Assembly: GCA_021811585.1 (NCBI GenBank)
Contig: JAJZOG010000014.1
Span: 2,577-66,576, forward strand
DNA from: a bacterium
GTDB lineage: Bacteria; Patescibacteriota; Doudnabacteria; UBA920; VMFF01
DNA length: 64,000 nucleotides
Direction of reading: 5' to 3'
The translations under genes were made by a program, and so were the position numbers. Below the pieces are notes generated by a model. The model worked only from the letters and a program-made list of their open reading frames with translations, did no database searches and was not told the DNA's origin. Positions 46,416-56,394 of this stretch are shown here, one piece after another (the stretch's first letter is position 1; every line of letters starts with the position of its first letter).

Positions 46416-46685
46416 TTATTCTTCTGAGGAATCTTCAGGGACATCGCCCTGGCTCCAATATTCTTTTAAATATTTTTTTATCCAGTCGTTAATAAGCGCC
46501 TCCCGCTTCGCGGTGTCTGCCTCGGCTTTTATTGGTTCGAGCTCGCGCACCACCTCATCATAGCCGTAATTAACGCCTACAAAATCTACAAATTTCTGAT
46601 TATACCAGCTGCTCCCGAGAATTTCCCTTATTTGTTGATGATAAGTTTCAAGTTCTGCCTCCGGATTTCTGATTTCAAATACCAT
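46416..46685 (-). CDS. Hypothetical small acidic protein (89 aa)
   Basis: ORF with good context; no motif recognized. Confidence 0.35.
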   Translation of the reverse strand: MVFEIRNPEAELETYHQQIREILGSSWYNQKFVDFVGVNYGYDEVVRELEPIKAEADTAKREALINDWIKKYLKEYWSQGDVPEDSSEE

Positions 46686-46874
46686 AAAATTTAAGTTATT
46701 TAATGCTATATAAGGATTATATCAAAAAATTGCCTGTAGTGCATGATATTGCCAATATTCAACTTTTTTTATTGTTTTAGTTAACAGGTGTCACCCTGGC
46801 GTTATGGTGGTGGCGCAGCATGGTATTAATCCCCGCCTATATAAAAAATTCCCAATTTGGTCTATACTTAGCTA

Positions 46875-48134
46875 ATGAATACAGAAAATACATTTAATGG
46901 CTTGGGTATTGCGCCCAAGATCATGGACATTCTCCAAGACCACGGTTTCCGGTTTCCAACTCCCATCCAACAGCAATCAATACCAGCGGGCTTATCGGGG
47001 AAGGATGTCATCGGCATTGCTCAAACAGGCACTGGAAAAACCTTGGCATTCGGCATCCCCATGCTTCAGCGCTTGGTGATAACCAAATCAAAGGGATTAA
47101 TCCTTGTTCCCACCAGAGAATTGGCAATGCAGGTAAACGAGGCCTTAAAGCAGCTTGGCAAATCCCTGGGCTTAAAAACCGCTGTGATAATAGGCGGAGC
47201 ATCCATGGGCCGCCAGCTTTTGGCGTTAAGGCAAAATCCCCACATAATTATTGCCACTCCCGGCCGGCTTATTGATATTTTACAGGAAAAAAAAGTTGAT
47301 ATTTCACAAGTTGGAGTTTTGGTTTTGGATGAAGCTGACCGCATGTTGGACATGGGTTTTGCGCCGCAGCTGAAAAAAATTATTTTCTTTCTTCCAAAAA
47401 AGCGCCAAACAATGCTGTTCTCCGCGACCATGGATGATGAAATAACAAAAATAGCTGGCGCATTCCTGGAGCTGCCGGTGCGCATAGAGGTTGCGCCATC
47501 AGGCACAACCGCAGCGCAAGTGACTCAGGAAATTGTGATGGTGAGAAAAGAAGATAAGATGGATCTGCTGAGGCAAACCCTTCGCCAGTATAATGGCAGC
47601 ACTTTAATTTTTTCAAGAACAAAGCATGGGGCAAAAAAAATTGCACATGTGTTGAAAGCAGAAGGATTAGCCAGCGCGGAAATCCATTCAAACCGCTCGC
47701 TTAATCAGCGCCTGGAAGCGCTGCAGGGTTTTAAAATCGGAAAATACAGAATTTTGGTGGCAACGGATATTGCAGCGCGCGGCATTGATGTTACCAATAT
47801 TGAGCTGGTAATTAATTATGATTTGCCGGAGCAGGCCTCGGATTATGTCCATCGCATTGGCAGAACGGCGCGCGCCGGGAAAAGCGGCCATGCGATTTCA
47901 TTCGCTACTTATGACCAGCAATCAGATATCCGCGCCATTGAGCGGCTCATAAAAAAGGCATTGCCCATAAAACATTCGGAACAGTCCAAGGTAATGCCCA
48001 GAATGCCTCGGATGAATGCGGCGCCGAGCCGGACAATAAAAAAATTCGGCGGTTCCGCAAGGCGGGGCCATAGAAAATTTAGATACGGCGAGCATCAGCG
48101 GAGGAAAAATTTTCCCCAAGACCGCGCTTTTTAG
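46875..48134 (+). CDS. DEAD-box ATP-dependent RNA helicase
   Basis: Q-motif (GFRFPTPIQQQ), AQTGTGKT, PTRELA, VLDEADRMLDMGF, SAT, HRIGRTARAGKSG. Confidence 0.9.
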   Translation: MNTENTFNGLGIAPKIMDILQDHGFRFPTPIQQQSIPAGLSGKDVIGIAQTGTGKTLAFGIPMLQRLVITKSKGLILVPTRELAMQVNEALKQLGKSLGLKTAVIIGGASMGRQLLALRQNPHIIIATPGRLIDILQEKKVDISQVGVLVLDEADRMLDMGFAPQLKKIIFFLPKKRQTMLFSATMDDEITKIAGAFLELPVRIEVAPSGTTAAQVTQEIVMVRKEDKMDLLRQTLRQYNGSTLIFSRTKHGAKKIAHVLKAEGLASAEIHSNRSLNQRLEALQGFKIGKYRILVATDIAARGIDVTNIELVINYDLPEQASDYVHRIGRTARAGKSGHAISFATYDQQSDIRAIERLIKKALPIKHSEQSKVMPRMPRMNAAPSRTIKKFGGSARRGHRKFRYGEHQRRKNFPQDRAF

Positions 48135-48165
48135 AAACCTGTCGGCCGTCTTTTAATGGCGCATG

Positions 48166-48558
48166 TCAGACATTCTGTTGCAAGAAAGATACCAATTCAT
48201 CTAAAGGCCTTTTTGTATCATCCCAGAAGTGAGTTTTAATGCCCACTGAGCGCGCGCTCTGTACCGCCTCTGGATCATGTTCGAAATATACCAAATTTTC
48301 CGGATGAAGATTAAAATGCTCGAGCATCTTCCTGTAATACTCGGGATTACTCTTTTCAGGATTATGCTTGAGAGTAAAAACTTCATAAGGCATTTTATCT
48401 AATCCAAAATCCCTAAACTGTTCATCGTTTGCTCCGGTTAAAATTATTTTCCTGTTAGGGAATTTATCAAGTATCTCCTGCATTTCTTTAAATATCGTAA
48501 ACCCATGCTCGGATTTTATTACAAAGGTGTGAGCCGCATCCACTAAAATAGTTTTCAT
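48166..48558 (-). CDS. HAD-like hydrolase (short form, hypothetical)
   Basis: MKTILVDAAHTF...LTGANDEQ...FEHDPEAVQSARSVGIKTHFW resembles the HAD C-terminal motifs. Confidence 0.45.
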   Translation of the reverse strand: MKTILVDAAHTFVIKSEHGFTIFKEMQEILDKFPNRKIILTGANDEQFRDFGLDKMPYEVFTLKHNPEKSNPEYYRKMLEHFNLHPENLVYFEHDPEAVQSARSVGIKTHFWDDTKRPLDELVSFLQQNV

Positions 48559-48849
48559 ATATTAATATCGAAATTCATTTAACTCTGGCTCTTTTTAGTT
48601 AGCCTATATTATATTAACGACTTGCCGCAGCAATACTTAAATTCTTTTATGCTTCTTTCGCGACATATTACGCATTTATATATAAACGACTTTTCCCTGA
48701 AAAATTTTAAATACCTTTGGAAAGTCTTTTCTGTTCTTACATTTTTTATGATTCTAATCCTCATATTTATAAAACTAGTTGATCGGCTATTTTTTTCCTT
48801 GTTTCCAGATCCGTTAACTAGAGTTCGACGGTGTCAGAAACCTGTGATT

Positions 48850-48924
48850 TGGCTGGGATGGTAGGATTCGAACCTACGAATGACGGATTCAGAGTCCGTT
48901 GCCTTACCACTTGGCTACATCCCA
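48850..48924 (-). tRNA. tRNA-Gln (anticodon CUG), CCA encoded
   Basis: A 75-nt cloverleaf: UGGGAUG-UA-GCC-AAGUGGUAA-GGC-A-ACGGA-CUCUGAA-UCCGU-CAUUC-GUAGG-UUCGAAU-CCUAC-CAUCCCA-G-CCA. The U1:A72 pair and G73 match the tRNA-Gln identity set. It is near-identical in architecture to E. coli tRNA-Gln. Confidence 0.9.
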
Positions 48925-49528
48925 ATAAATTTATTTTTTGAGTGGCTCGCCTTTATCTGTGGCGGCCTTTCTTTTTGCCGGCCGCATCCGGTTTTTCTGC
49001 TGCGGTTTTTCTGCTGCGGTTTTTGTATGAAGTGCACATATTCCGTGCAAACTTTTGCTTAACCTACCTAATTTCTAATTGATTTTAACAAAAAACCGGA
49101 GTTTTTACAAATGCGAATTGGACTTTTGACTTATTGCACAAAGCCGCGCGGCAGTTAATATATGGCTGATAATCGCATTTTAAAACTCTTTTGCGGGTGA
49201 ATTTTAAAACTCTTCGCAGAGAGTTTTAATTTTGCACAAGCCAAGAGTTTTAACTTTTCACCAGCAGAGAGTTTTAATTTTGCCTCTGCTATTTTTTCAA
49301 CAAATTATAGAAACTTTCAATATGGCTGTCAGTGCCGCAATAAAAAATATGCGACGTAAGGTTTACGCAATATTGCGGATTTTTATGAATGAAATTATAC
49401 TTCGGCAAAAACCAAAATAAAAAACCAAGAACCCCAAGAATAATTATATAAAAGATGTATTTTATGAGACGGAACATTTTGACTTATTATTTTAGTTTTT
49501 CGTTTTACTTATGCCGGGAGCCGCTATT

Positions 49529-49771
49529 TTATTTGCGACCCCCGGTTCTGCGCGCTTTGGTGCGATGCATGAAATATACCGCAATCCCGACGCCAACAGG
49601 CGCAATAATTATGCCGCCCGGTGCAAAGAAAAAAACAATCGCAATTGCGGCCACAATCATTTTTATGCGCAGGTTTCCGTTTTTCCATGCCACGCGCCCG
49701 AAACGGCGTGTTTTTTTAACCTCTCTCCCCGCTCTTGCGCCGGCTGTTTTTGCCAACGTAATTGGACCCAT
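49529..49771 (-). CDS. Small basic membrane protein (80 aa, hypothetical)
   Basis: ATG preceded by AGGAGGTGG. The C-terminal helical hairpin IVAAIAIVFFFAPGGIIIAPVGVGIAVYF. It lies downstream of mnmA in a region with few other genes. Confidence 0.35.
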   Translation of the reverse strand: MGPITLAKTAGARAGREVKKTRRFGRVAWKNGNLRIKMIVAAIAIVFFFAPGGIIIAPVGVGIAVYFMHRTKARRTGGRK

Positions 49772-49804
49772 AACCACCTCCTGCCATTTTCTCAGTCGCC
49801 TAAA

Positions 49805-50881
49805 TTATACTATAACGCCGCCGCCCAAACAAATTTTCCCCTTGTACATAACCAAGCTTTGGCCTGCCGCAACCGCACGCTGAGGAGAAAAAAAACGTAC
49901 GTGATATTTGCCCTCTTGACCGCTTTCGCGCAATTCCAAACCTATTGGCTGTTGCTGGTGCCTGAACCGTCCGCGGCATTTTAAGGGCGATGTGCCCGGG
50001 CGCGAAATCCAATTTACGGCGCTAATTTCAATTTCGTTTTTAAGCAATTCGCTATGTTCCGGATTTTTGCTGACCACTAATGTGTTTGTTTGCAATTCTT
50101 TGCGTACCACGTAATATGGCCCGGATCCGCCGACGCCAATCCCCTGCCTTTGTCCCAAAGTGTAATACGCGGCGCCCTGGTGTTCGCCGATTTTGTCGCC
50201 CGAAGTAATTTCGACTATCGGCCCTTTTTTTGGCGCGATTTTCTGCTGCAGGAATTTATCCAATTCTACTTTTCCTACAAAGCACAAGCCCATGCTTTCT
50301 TTGCGTCCGGCATTTGGCAGCCCGAATTTGCGCGCCATTGCGCGCACCTCGGATTTTAAATATCCGCCTATTGGGAACAAAATATGCTTGAGCTGCTCCG
50401 GCTGTAAATTATAAATAAAATATGTTTGATCTTTGAATTCATCTTTTGCCCGCAAAAGGCATCTGTTTTTTATCCGTGCATAATGGCCGGTTGCCAGAAA
50501 ATCGAAGCCCATTTGCATGGCGCGCTCGTACAAGAGTTTGAATTTTATTTCTTTGTTGCACATGACGTCCGGGTTGGGCGTGCGGCCGGCGGCATATTCG
50601 TTGAAGAAATATTCCATAACTTTTTGCGAATATTCTTTTTCAAAATCAAAGGTGTGCAGCGGAATGCGCAAATGCGCGGCAACTTGCAAAGCACTGCGTC
50701 TGTCCTCGAGCCATGGGCATTCGTTGGAAATCAGGCCTTGGTTTGAGGTCCAGTTTTTCATAAAAACAGCTTCAACTTTATACCCTTTTTTCAAGAGCAA
50801 AGCAGCGCTCACGGCGGAATCAACGCCGCCGGAAAGCGCCACAAGGACTTTTTGCTTATTCTGCAAATAATTTTTCAACAT
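49805..50881 (-). CDS. mnmA: tRNA-specific 2-thiouridylase MnmA
   Basis: PP-loop VALSGGVDSAV, catalytic Cys region, C-terminal MnmA domain. Confidence 0.9.
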   Translation of the reverse strand: MLKNYLQNKQKVLVALSGGVDSAVSAALLLKKGYKVEAVFMKNWTSNQGLISNECPWLEDRRSALQVAAHLRIPLHTFDFEKEYSQKVMEYFFNEYAAGRTPNPDVMCNKEIKFKLLYERAMQMGFDFLATGHYARIKNRCLLRAKDEFKDQTYFIYNLQPEQLKHILFPIGGYLKSEVRAMARKFGLPNAGRKESMGLCFVGKVELDKFLQQKIAPKKGPIVEITSGDKIGEHQGAAYYTLGQRQGIGVGGSGPYYVVRKELQTNTLVVSKNPEHSELLKNEIEISAVNWISRPGTSPLKCRGRFRHQQQPIGLELRESGQEGKYHVRFFSPQRAVAAGQSLVMYKGKICLGGGVIV

Positions 50882-51857
50882 TCTTGTTTAGGAAATCCTC
50901 AAAACTTATTCTTGGGTTTGCGTTTTTTTCCCGGCCAAACCCCTGATATAAATTGTAAATCCGTTCGCGCAGCAAATCTTTTTCATATAAATTGAAATAT
51001 TCTTTCAGCCGCGTTTTAAATTCGCGAAGCGTTTTTACGTTCATGTCGGTGAGCCGTTTTTTGGTATCCGGTTCTTGGCTTAATATTTTCGAAAATTGCG
51101 TTTCATCCATGGAGGCCGTCGCGCGTTCCATATCTTCAAAAGTGGGCAATTTCTTATGGTCGGCAAAAAAATCATTATAGGTTCTGATCAGTTCTTCATT
51201 TAAAATTGAGTATCCGGAATTGCCGTATAAGCTTTTTAATTTGATGCCCGCCAGCTCGAGTATTTTTTCTTCGGATATTTTTCCGCGCAGTTTTTCTGTC
51301 AGCGGATTTATAATGGCATGGAGAAATTCATGCCTGGAATTCTCAAAATTTCCTGTGCGGGCGACAATAATTCCTGTACTGCTGACGTAAAAAGACATTC
51401 CGCCGTGATTTTGCGCCAGGATTGTGTCGCCGGGCATTATTTCGATTTGAGAAGGTATGGTTTTTGGATCAGGGCCGAAAAATGAAATTGTCTCGGCGAT
51501 TTTTTCGCGCAATTGCGGAAGGTGTTCTGCCCACCACGAGATTTTCGAAAGAGGCGGTTCGTGCGTTCCTGCTTTTTGCCATCCCGCGTAGCTGTTTTGG
51601 ATTCGTTCAAAAATTTCCCCGGCATTTTTAACATGCGGTTTTTCGCGTTTTATCAGCGAAAAAATTTGCTCTTTCCATTCGGGGTGGCCCAATAAAAGCG
51701 CAAGATTAAAAATTGCTTCTTCATCCCCGACTTCGGCATAAGCCGGCAATTGTCCTGTTATAAACGCCAAAGAATTTTCCCAGCCCGCCTGTAGTTCCGG
51801 GATCTGAACTGCTTCGGATTCTTGCGCGGTTTTTTCACGATTTATTTCCCCGCGCAT
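50856..51857 (-). CDS. Hypothetical protein with HExxH motif (putative metallohydrolase), 333 aa
   Basis: SRHEFLHAIINP contains HEFLH. Translationally coupled: 1-nt gap to the upstream ATPase gene, overlap with mnmA. Confidence 0.45.
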   Translation of the reverse strand: MRGEINREKTAQESEAVQIPELQAGWENSLAFITGQLPAYAEVGDEEAIFNLALLLGHPEWKEQIFSLIKREKPHVKNAGEIFERIQNSYAGWQKAGTHEPPLSKISWWAEHLPQLREKIAETISFFGPDPKTIPSQIEIMPGDTILAQNHGGMSFYVSSTGIIVARTGNFENSRHEFLHAIINPLTEKLRGKISEEKILELAGIKLKSLYGNSGYSILNEELIRTYNDFFADHKKLPTFEDMERATASMDETQFSKILSQEPDTKKRLTDMNVKTLREFKTRLKEYFNLYEKDLLRERIYNLYQGFGREKNANPRISFEDFLNKNVEKLFAE

Positions 51858-51858
51858 A

Positions 51859-53820
51859 TTATTCCGAAGTTATTTTGTGCGATTCCCCGGGTTTTAAAAT
51901 TTTTTTATGTTGCTGGCCGTGATTATTCCTGTCCTGAGCGCTGTTTCCCGTGCTCAAACTTTTTGCCAGGGTATTTGCCAAACCGGCGGCCAGGTTTTGT
52001 GATTTTTGCCGGTTCATTTTAGCAGCTGTTTCCCAAATGGCATTATCTTTTTTTGCCATTGGCCTGGCGGGGTGGTTCGCAAAATGGTTTCCAGAATGGT
52101 TATTTGAATGCATGTTCCTGGTTTGGCCGGTATTATTTTTGCCGTAGGAATTGTGCGGCTGGGGGCTGCGCGCATTATGTGTTTGGAAATTATTCGGCCG
52201 GGGATTGTATTGGGAATTATATTGCCGGGATGCATGCGGTTCGATGTTTTCGTATTTTGTTTTTTGCGCTTCCTTTGGTTCCCGGCCAGGTTCCTTTGTT
52301 TCCTTGTCTGCTTCTGTATTTGTTTTTTTGCCTGCTGTATTCGTTTCCCAGTCTGGTGCTGCGTTCGATTGTTGTGCCGCCATATTTTGCGCCGCACTGC
52401 TGGAGACCGTTTTTTCCATTTCAGCCGGCGCTTGTGGCGCAACCGCTGTTTCCACTTCTTCTTCGCCCTCCTGGCGCGCGCCGCTGGCAATTACAGCGGC
52501 TTGTTCGTGATATTCCTGCCCCATCCAGCGCAATATTTTATCTTCAACTTCAGCAACGGGATTTGCATATCTTTCCCGTGAGATGCGAATTACTTTGTCC
52601 GTATTGGCTATTTTTCTGTGGGTTTCCGGCGCCAAGGTTGTGGCCGTAAAAGGGTCGGAAGCCACGCCGTTAATCATTAATTTTAGAATGATGTGATGTT
52701 TGGGCAGATTCACCAGATCGTTTTCCGTAAATTGCGGCGCAAATTCTTTTTCTAAAAATTCCGAATCAGCCGCGCCCACGCGAAAAGTGACGATTGTCCC
52801 GACGTTGCCGAAAACCGCGTCGCGCACTTTTGTGCTTCTGCCGTCGCTGCCTGTGAGCTGGCCGATATATTGATGCCCGATTGTGAGGTTCAGGCGGTAT
52901 TTGCGCGCCTCGGAAAGTATTGTGGCAAATGATTCCGTGGCAAAATTTTGGAATTCGTCGACGTACAAAAAGAAATCGTGGCGTTCCTGCTCGCTGATAT
53001 CGACGCGCGAAAGCGCGGCCAGCTGGAGCTTGGTGATAAGCATGGCGCCGAGCAAATCGGAATTGTCCTCGCCGATGCGCCCTTTGGCAAGATTCATTAA
53101 GATTATTTTTTTGTTGTCCATGAGCGAACGCAAATCAATGGTGCTTTTCGGCTGGCCGACAATGTTGCGTATAATTCCAGATGAAAGGAATTGCCCGACT
53201 TTATTTTGGATTGGCGCAATGGATTCCATGCGGTATTTTTCGTTCCAATTCGCGAATTCATCCACCCAGAAGGATTTGACCATCGGGTCTTTGATATTGT
53301 CGACAATCCGTTTGCGGTATTTTTTGTCTATCAGCATTCGGGAAATTCCGAGCAGGGTGTTGCCGGGAGAATCCAAAAGCGCGAGTATGGCGTTATTTAA
53401 GATATATTCCATGCGCGCGGACCATAAATTAGCCCAAATTTTTGTGAACACGCCCATAAGCCCCGAAGCAACCAGATGCTTGTAATTCGGGTCAACCGCT
53501 TCCAAAATATTAAAAGCAATCGGAAATTCCCTGTCAGCGGGATTGAAATAAACCACGTCGTTCACGCGGCTTGAAGGCACGTAATCCAAAATTTTCTCAA
53601 CTGAATCCCCGTGCGGATCCACAAACGCCAAGCCGTTGCCGTTCGCTATGTCTTGGATAATCATGTTTTCCATGAGCGTTGTTTTGCCCATGCCGGTTTT
53701 TCCGATGATATACATGTGCCGGCGCCGGTCTTCGCGCTTTATGCCAAACGGCACTTCCTTGTGGCGGAAGTTTGTCTTGGCGAAAATTGTGATGTCGTTG
53801 TTATCCTGTTCTGCGTCCAT
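51859..53820 (-). CDS. TraD/TrwB/VirD4-type coupling-protein-like P-loop ATPase lacking N-terminal TM segments, with long disordered Q/N/K-rich C-terminal tail
   Basis: Walker A IIGKTGMGKTT; LAFVDPHGDS, YFNPADRE and FNILEA blocks, in spacing, match F-TraD/TrwB. Walker B-like FFLYVDEFQNF. Residues ~430-653 are low complexity. Confidence 0.6.
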   Translation of the reverse strand: MDAEQDNNDITIFAKTNFRHKEVPFGIKREDRRRHMYIIGKTGMGKTTLMENMIIQDIANGNGLAFVDPHGDSVEKILDYVPSSRVNDVVYFNPADREFPIAFNILEAVDPNYKHLVASGLMGVFTKIWANLWSARMEYILNNAILALLDSPGNTLLGISRMLIDKKYRKRIVDNIKDPMVKSFWVDEFANWNEKYRMESIAPIQNKVGQFLSSGIIRNIVGQPKSTIDLRSLMDNKKIILMNLAKGRIGEDNSDLLGAMLITKLQLAALSRVDISEQERHDFFLYVDEFQNFATESFATILSEARKYRLNLTIGHQYIGQLTGSDGRSTKVRDAVFGNVGTIVTFRVGAADSEFLEKEFAPQFTENDLVNLPKHHIILKLMINGVASDPFTATTLAPETHRKIANTDKVIRISRERYANPVAEVEDKILRWMGQEYHEQAAVIASGARQEGEEEVETAVAPQAPAEMEKTVSSSAAQNMAAQQSNAAPDWETNTAGKKTNTEADKETKEPGREPKEAQKTKYENIEPHASRQYNSQYNPRPNNFQTHNARSPQPHNSYGKNNTGQTRNMHSNNHSGNHFANHPARPMAKKDNAIWETAAKMNRQKSQNLAAGLANTLAKSLSTGNSAQDRNNHGQQHKKILKPGESHKITSE

Positions 53821-53867
53821 AATTTAAGTATACCCCCAAATTGAATTTTGCGCTTGCGGAATTTAGT

Positions 53868-55142
53868 TTAGCCGGCAACAGGCAAATTTGCAGGTGGCTG
53901 GCCTTTTTTGACTTCAATTCTTTCAACAGGCGGAGTTGTCGTTGTTGCCAGAGGAAAATGAAAAAGCGTTGTAAGTTCTTCGGCATTTAGGACCACGGGA
54001 TCAGCGCCAATCCACATGTCGCGGTTCGCAAAGCCTTCTATAAAGCGTTCTTTTCTTTTGGCAATTACCCAATCAACAAACGGCTGTTCCAGGGTTTGGA
54101 AAACCTTATATGAATAACCTGTCCAAATTTTCATGTTGGGCTTGAGATTGTTCGTTGTGATGCCTGAAAATTGGCGGAACGCGCCGACAATTCCCGTTTT
54201 TTTAGTGTTGTCCATTTTATCTTTCGGCGCAATATATAAACTGCGGATTTTGGTTCCCCAGCCAACCTTGGACATTTTTGTTTCAACAGCAAGCAGCGTG
54301 CGTTTTTCGCCTTCCGTGAGCTTTTGCACTGCCGCAATTCTTTCTTCCTCTTTTTTTACCGACGTTTTGCCTGTAAAAAAATTTATAAACTTTCCAAAAG
54401 CGCCGATTTTTTCCTCGGGCTTTACCCCTTTGAATGCATTCACCGTTTCTTGCGCGTGCGGCTGCCAGGCGGAATCTTTCATTGGCAGTATGTCAATTTG
54501 CACTGCCATAAGTTCGTGCGGTTCGGCTTTTGAAAGCGCTTCCAGGAGCCCTGCCAGAGGATCTAGAATTTTGTTTTCCGAAATCGGATGCTCGAAGTCC
54601 TTATAGGTTTTAATTGGGTAGGCATAATCTCTAAGCATACCCCATTCAGTGCCCCATAAATCCCAAGAGCTTTTTTCAGGGTCCCATTTTTTGAGATGTT
54701 CCATGTAATCATGCACCTCTGTAATTTCAGCGCTCGGAAATTGCGCGTAAAAAGCGCTTTCAACGAGATTTACGTATTTGTCCGGAACGCGCATGATGTA
54801 TGATATTTTTCCGCCTAAGCTCACGATTTCCAGTGAAAACCAAAGCTGCAGTTGCCCTTCCAGGTATTTGCCGGCCCAGGTAATTGTGCTTTCGAGCGCA
54901 TGCAGCTGCGCGAAAATCTGCTCGACAGCAAGCAAGCTCTGGAGATTTTCTTTTTCCACCTTGATGTGCAGAAATTTCCAAGTTATGCCCTTAAGGTAGC
55001 GCCCATTAATGGCCATCATATAAATTTGAAATGCCAGCCAGAGCGCCAGCAGCCCGAAAATCACCCAGCCGCCGTGCACAAAGACAAACCACGCTTCAGA
55101 AAACGTGGCTAGCGAAGCGTTTATTGTGGAAGACCAAATCAT
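53868..55142 (-). CDS. Membrane protein (2 N-terminal TMs + ~350-aa soluble domain), partner of the TraD-like ATPase (hypothetical)
   Basis: The N-terminal TMs are FVFVHGGWVIFGLLALWLAF...; same strand and operon. Confidence 0.5.
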   Translation of the reverse strand: MIWSSTINASLATFSEAWFVFVHGGWVIFGLLALWLAFQIYMMAINGRYLKGITWKFLHIKVEKENLQSLLAVEQIFAQLHALESTITWAGKYLEGQLQLWFSLEIVSLGGKISYIMRVPDKYVNLVESAFYAQFPSAEITEVHDYMEHLKKWDPEKSSWDLWGTEWGMLRDYAYPIKTYKDFEHPISENKILDPLAGLLEALSKAEPHELMAVQIDILPMKDSAWQPHAQETVNAFKGVKPEEKIGAFGKFINFFTGKTSVKKEEERIAAVQKLTEGEKRTLLAVETKMSKVGWGTKIRSLYIAPKDKMDNTKKTGIVGAFRQFSGITTNNLKPNMKIWTGYSYKVFQTLEQPFVDWVIAKRKERFIEGFANRDMWIGADPVVLNAEELTTLFHFPLATTTTPPVERIEVKKGQPPANLPVAG

Positions 55143-55145
55143 GTG

Positions 55146-56270
55146 TTACTTTCCCGCCAAAGCGTATTTGTTTTTGTTTACTTTGGTGAACAATTTTCTA
55201 TTCGAAAGCGCGGCCAGCACGGTGTTTCTCTTTACCAGCCGTTTTTTAAGCACGGCATCTATAATCTGGTCGCGGTTAAGAGGCTCTTTTGCCGTTTTGA
55301 GGATCTCTGCAATAACATCAGCGACAATGCCTTTTTGATAGCCCCATTCAGTGAGGGCGTAAATTCCCCTGCCAACCAGGACAAAACGCGGGTCTTTTAT
55401 GAGTTCATTATGGACTGTTTCTTTGTGCGCCACTCGCTTATCAAAGCCGTATTTATTTATAAGCTCCGTGATGGCGGAATAATGTTCCGGCTTTTTGTGG
55501 TGCTTCATGACAACATAGGCCTTATCGCCAACATCGCGTGGCTTAATTTCCTGCCAATTTGCCAGGCCGTATTCCTCGAACGGATTTTTCTCTATTTCCC
55601 TACTGAGGTTTAAATAAGTGCGCAGGACTTTTTCATTTACCTGCATTTCATTATCGCGATAAATATCCGTCTGCTTCAGTTTCTCTATAAGCTCCAATTC
55701 ATGCACCGGCTTTCCTTCTTTTTTCAAAATGCCCTTCGCAGTTTCTATAATATTTTTGAAAAATTCGTGGTTGTAATTTACGGAAGCCCAGGCATTGTGC
55801 ATGAACTCGTTTTCTTTCACTTCCAAAAGCTCTTCCGCAATATTAAGCAGGAAGAGGATGGAGCGCCGCTCTTCTTCGGTTGCTTCGGAGCTGAGCATTT
55901 TTATAAGCTCCATTTCTTTTATAATTTTTCCGCAATCCGAAATTATGCTCACCAATATTTTAATGGCTTCGGCAAGCTCGTGGTCAGCCAATTGCGCGCG
56001 CAAAAATTTAAGCGATTCTTTTTCTATTTGGCGGACGCGTTCGCGCGTTAGCCCGTGCTCCTTGCCTATTGCTTCCAATGTTTTTGCCGTAAAACCAAGC
56101 AATCCGAAACGTTTTGCGAGGATCATTTTATCCCGTTCTTTGAGTAAATCCAGTATTTTGCCGGCAGCCAGTGTTGGTTCGAAATTTTGCAATGAAACGC
56201 TGTGTTGCGCATTTATGATCTTATCCAGGATGCCCGGAATTTGCTTATTGTTTCCGTCAGTTTTTTCCAT
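55146..56270 (-). CDS. Sigma-70 region-4-type HTH protein with C-terminal winged-helix-like domain (putative DNA-binding/regulatory protein)
   Basis: DKMILAKRFGLLGFTAKTLEAIGKEHGLTRERVRQIEKESLKFLR matches sigma-70 region 4.2. There are no regions 2/3, so it is not a complete sigma factor. Confidence 0.5.
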   Translation of the reverse strand: MEKTDGNNKQIPGILDKIINAQHSVSLQNFEPTLAAGKILDLLKERDKMILAKRFGLLGFTAKTLEAIGKEHGLTRERVRQIEKESLKFLRAQLADHELAEAIKILVSIISDCGKIIKEMELIKMLSSEATEEERRSILFLLNIAEELLEVKENEFMHNAWASVNYNHEFFKNIIETAKGILKKEGKPVHELELIEKLKQTDIYRDNEMQVNEKVLRTYLNLSREIEKNPFEEYGLANWQEIKPRDVGDKAYVVMKHHKKPEHYSAITELINKYGFDKRVAHKETVHNELIKDPRFVLVGRGIYALTEWGYQKGIVADVIAEILKTAKEPLNRDQIIDAVLKKRLVKRNTVLAALSNRKLFTKVNKNKYALAGK

Positions 56271-56394
56271 ATCGGTATAGTATCATAAATGATTATGGAT
56301 GTCAAATCTGTACAATACAACATGTGTTCCAGAGCAATAAACTGTTAAAATTTTAATAAAATAATGCTTGAAAATTTCTTAATTCAGGTTTTCT

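Noticed and set aside
49455-49984. Plus-strand ORFs 49455-49883 and 49511-49984 in the tRNA-Gln-adjacent region
   Set aside because: No RBS, odd composition, and they overlap the mnmA 3' end. Only the SD-preceded minus-strand 80-aa ORF was kept, at low confidence.
52014-52650. Cluster of overlapping ORFs on both strands (52014-52490 -, 52053-52649 +, 52108-52581 +, 52151-52510 +)
   Set aside because: They lie within the low-complexity Q/N/K-rich C-terminal tail of the TraD-like ATPase, where compositional bias creates open frames in all phases. None has an RBS or motif.
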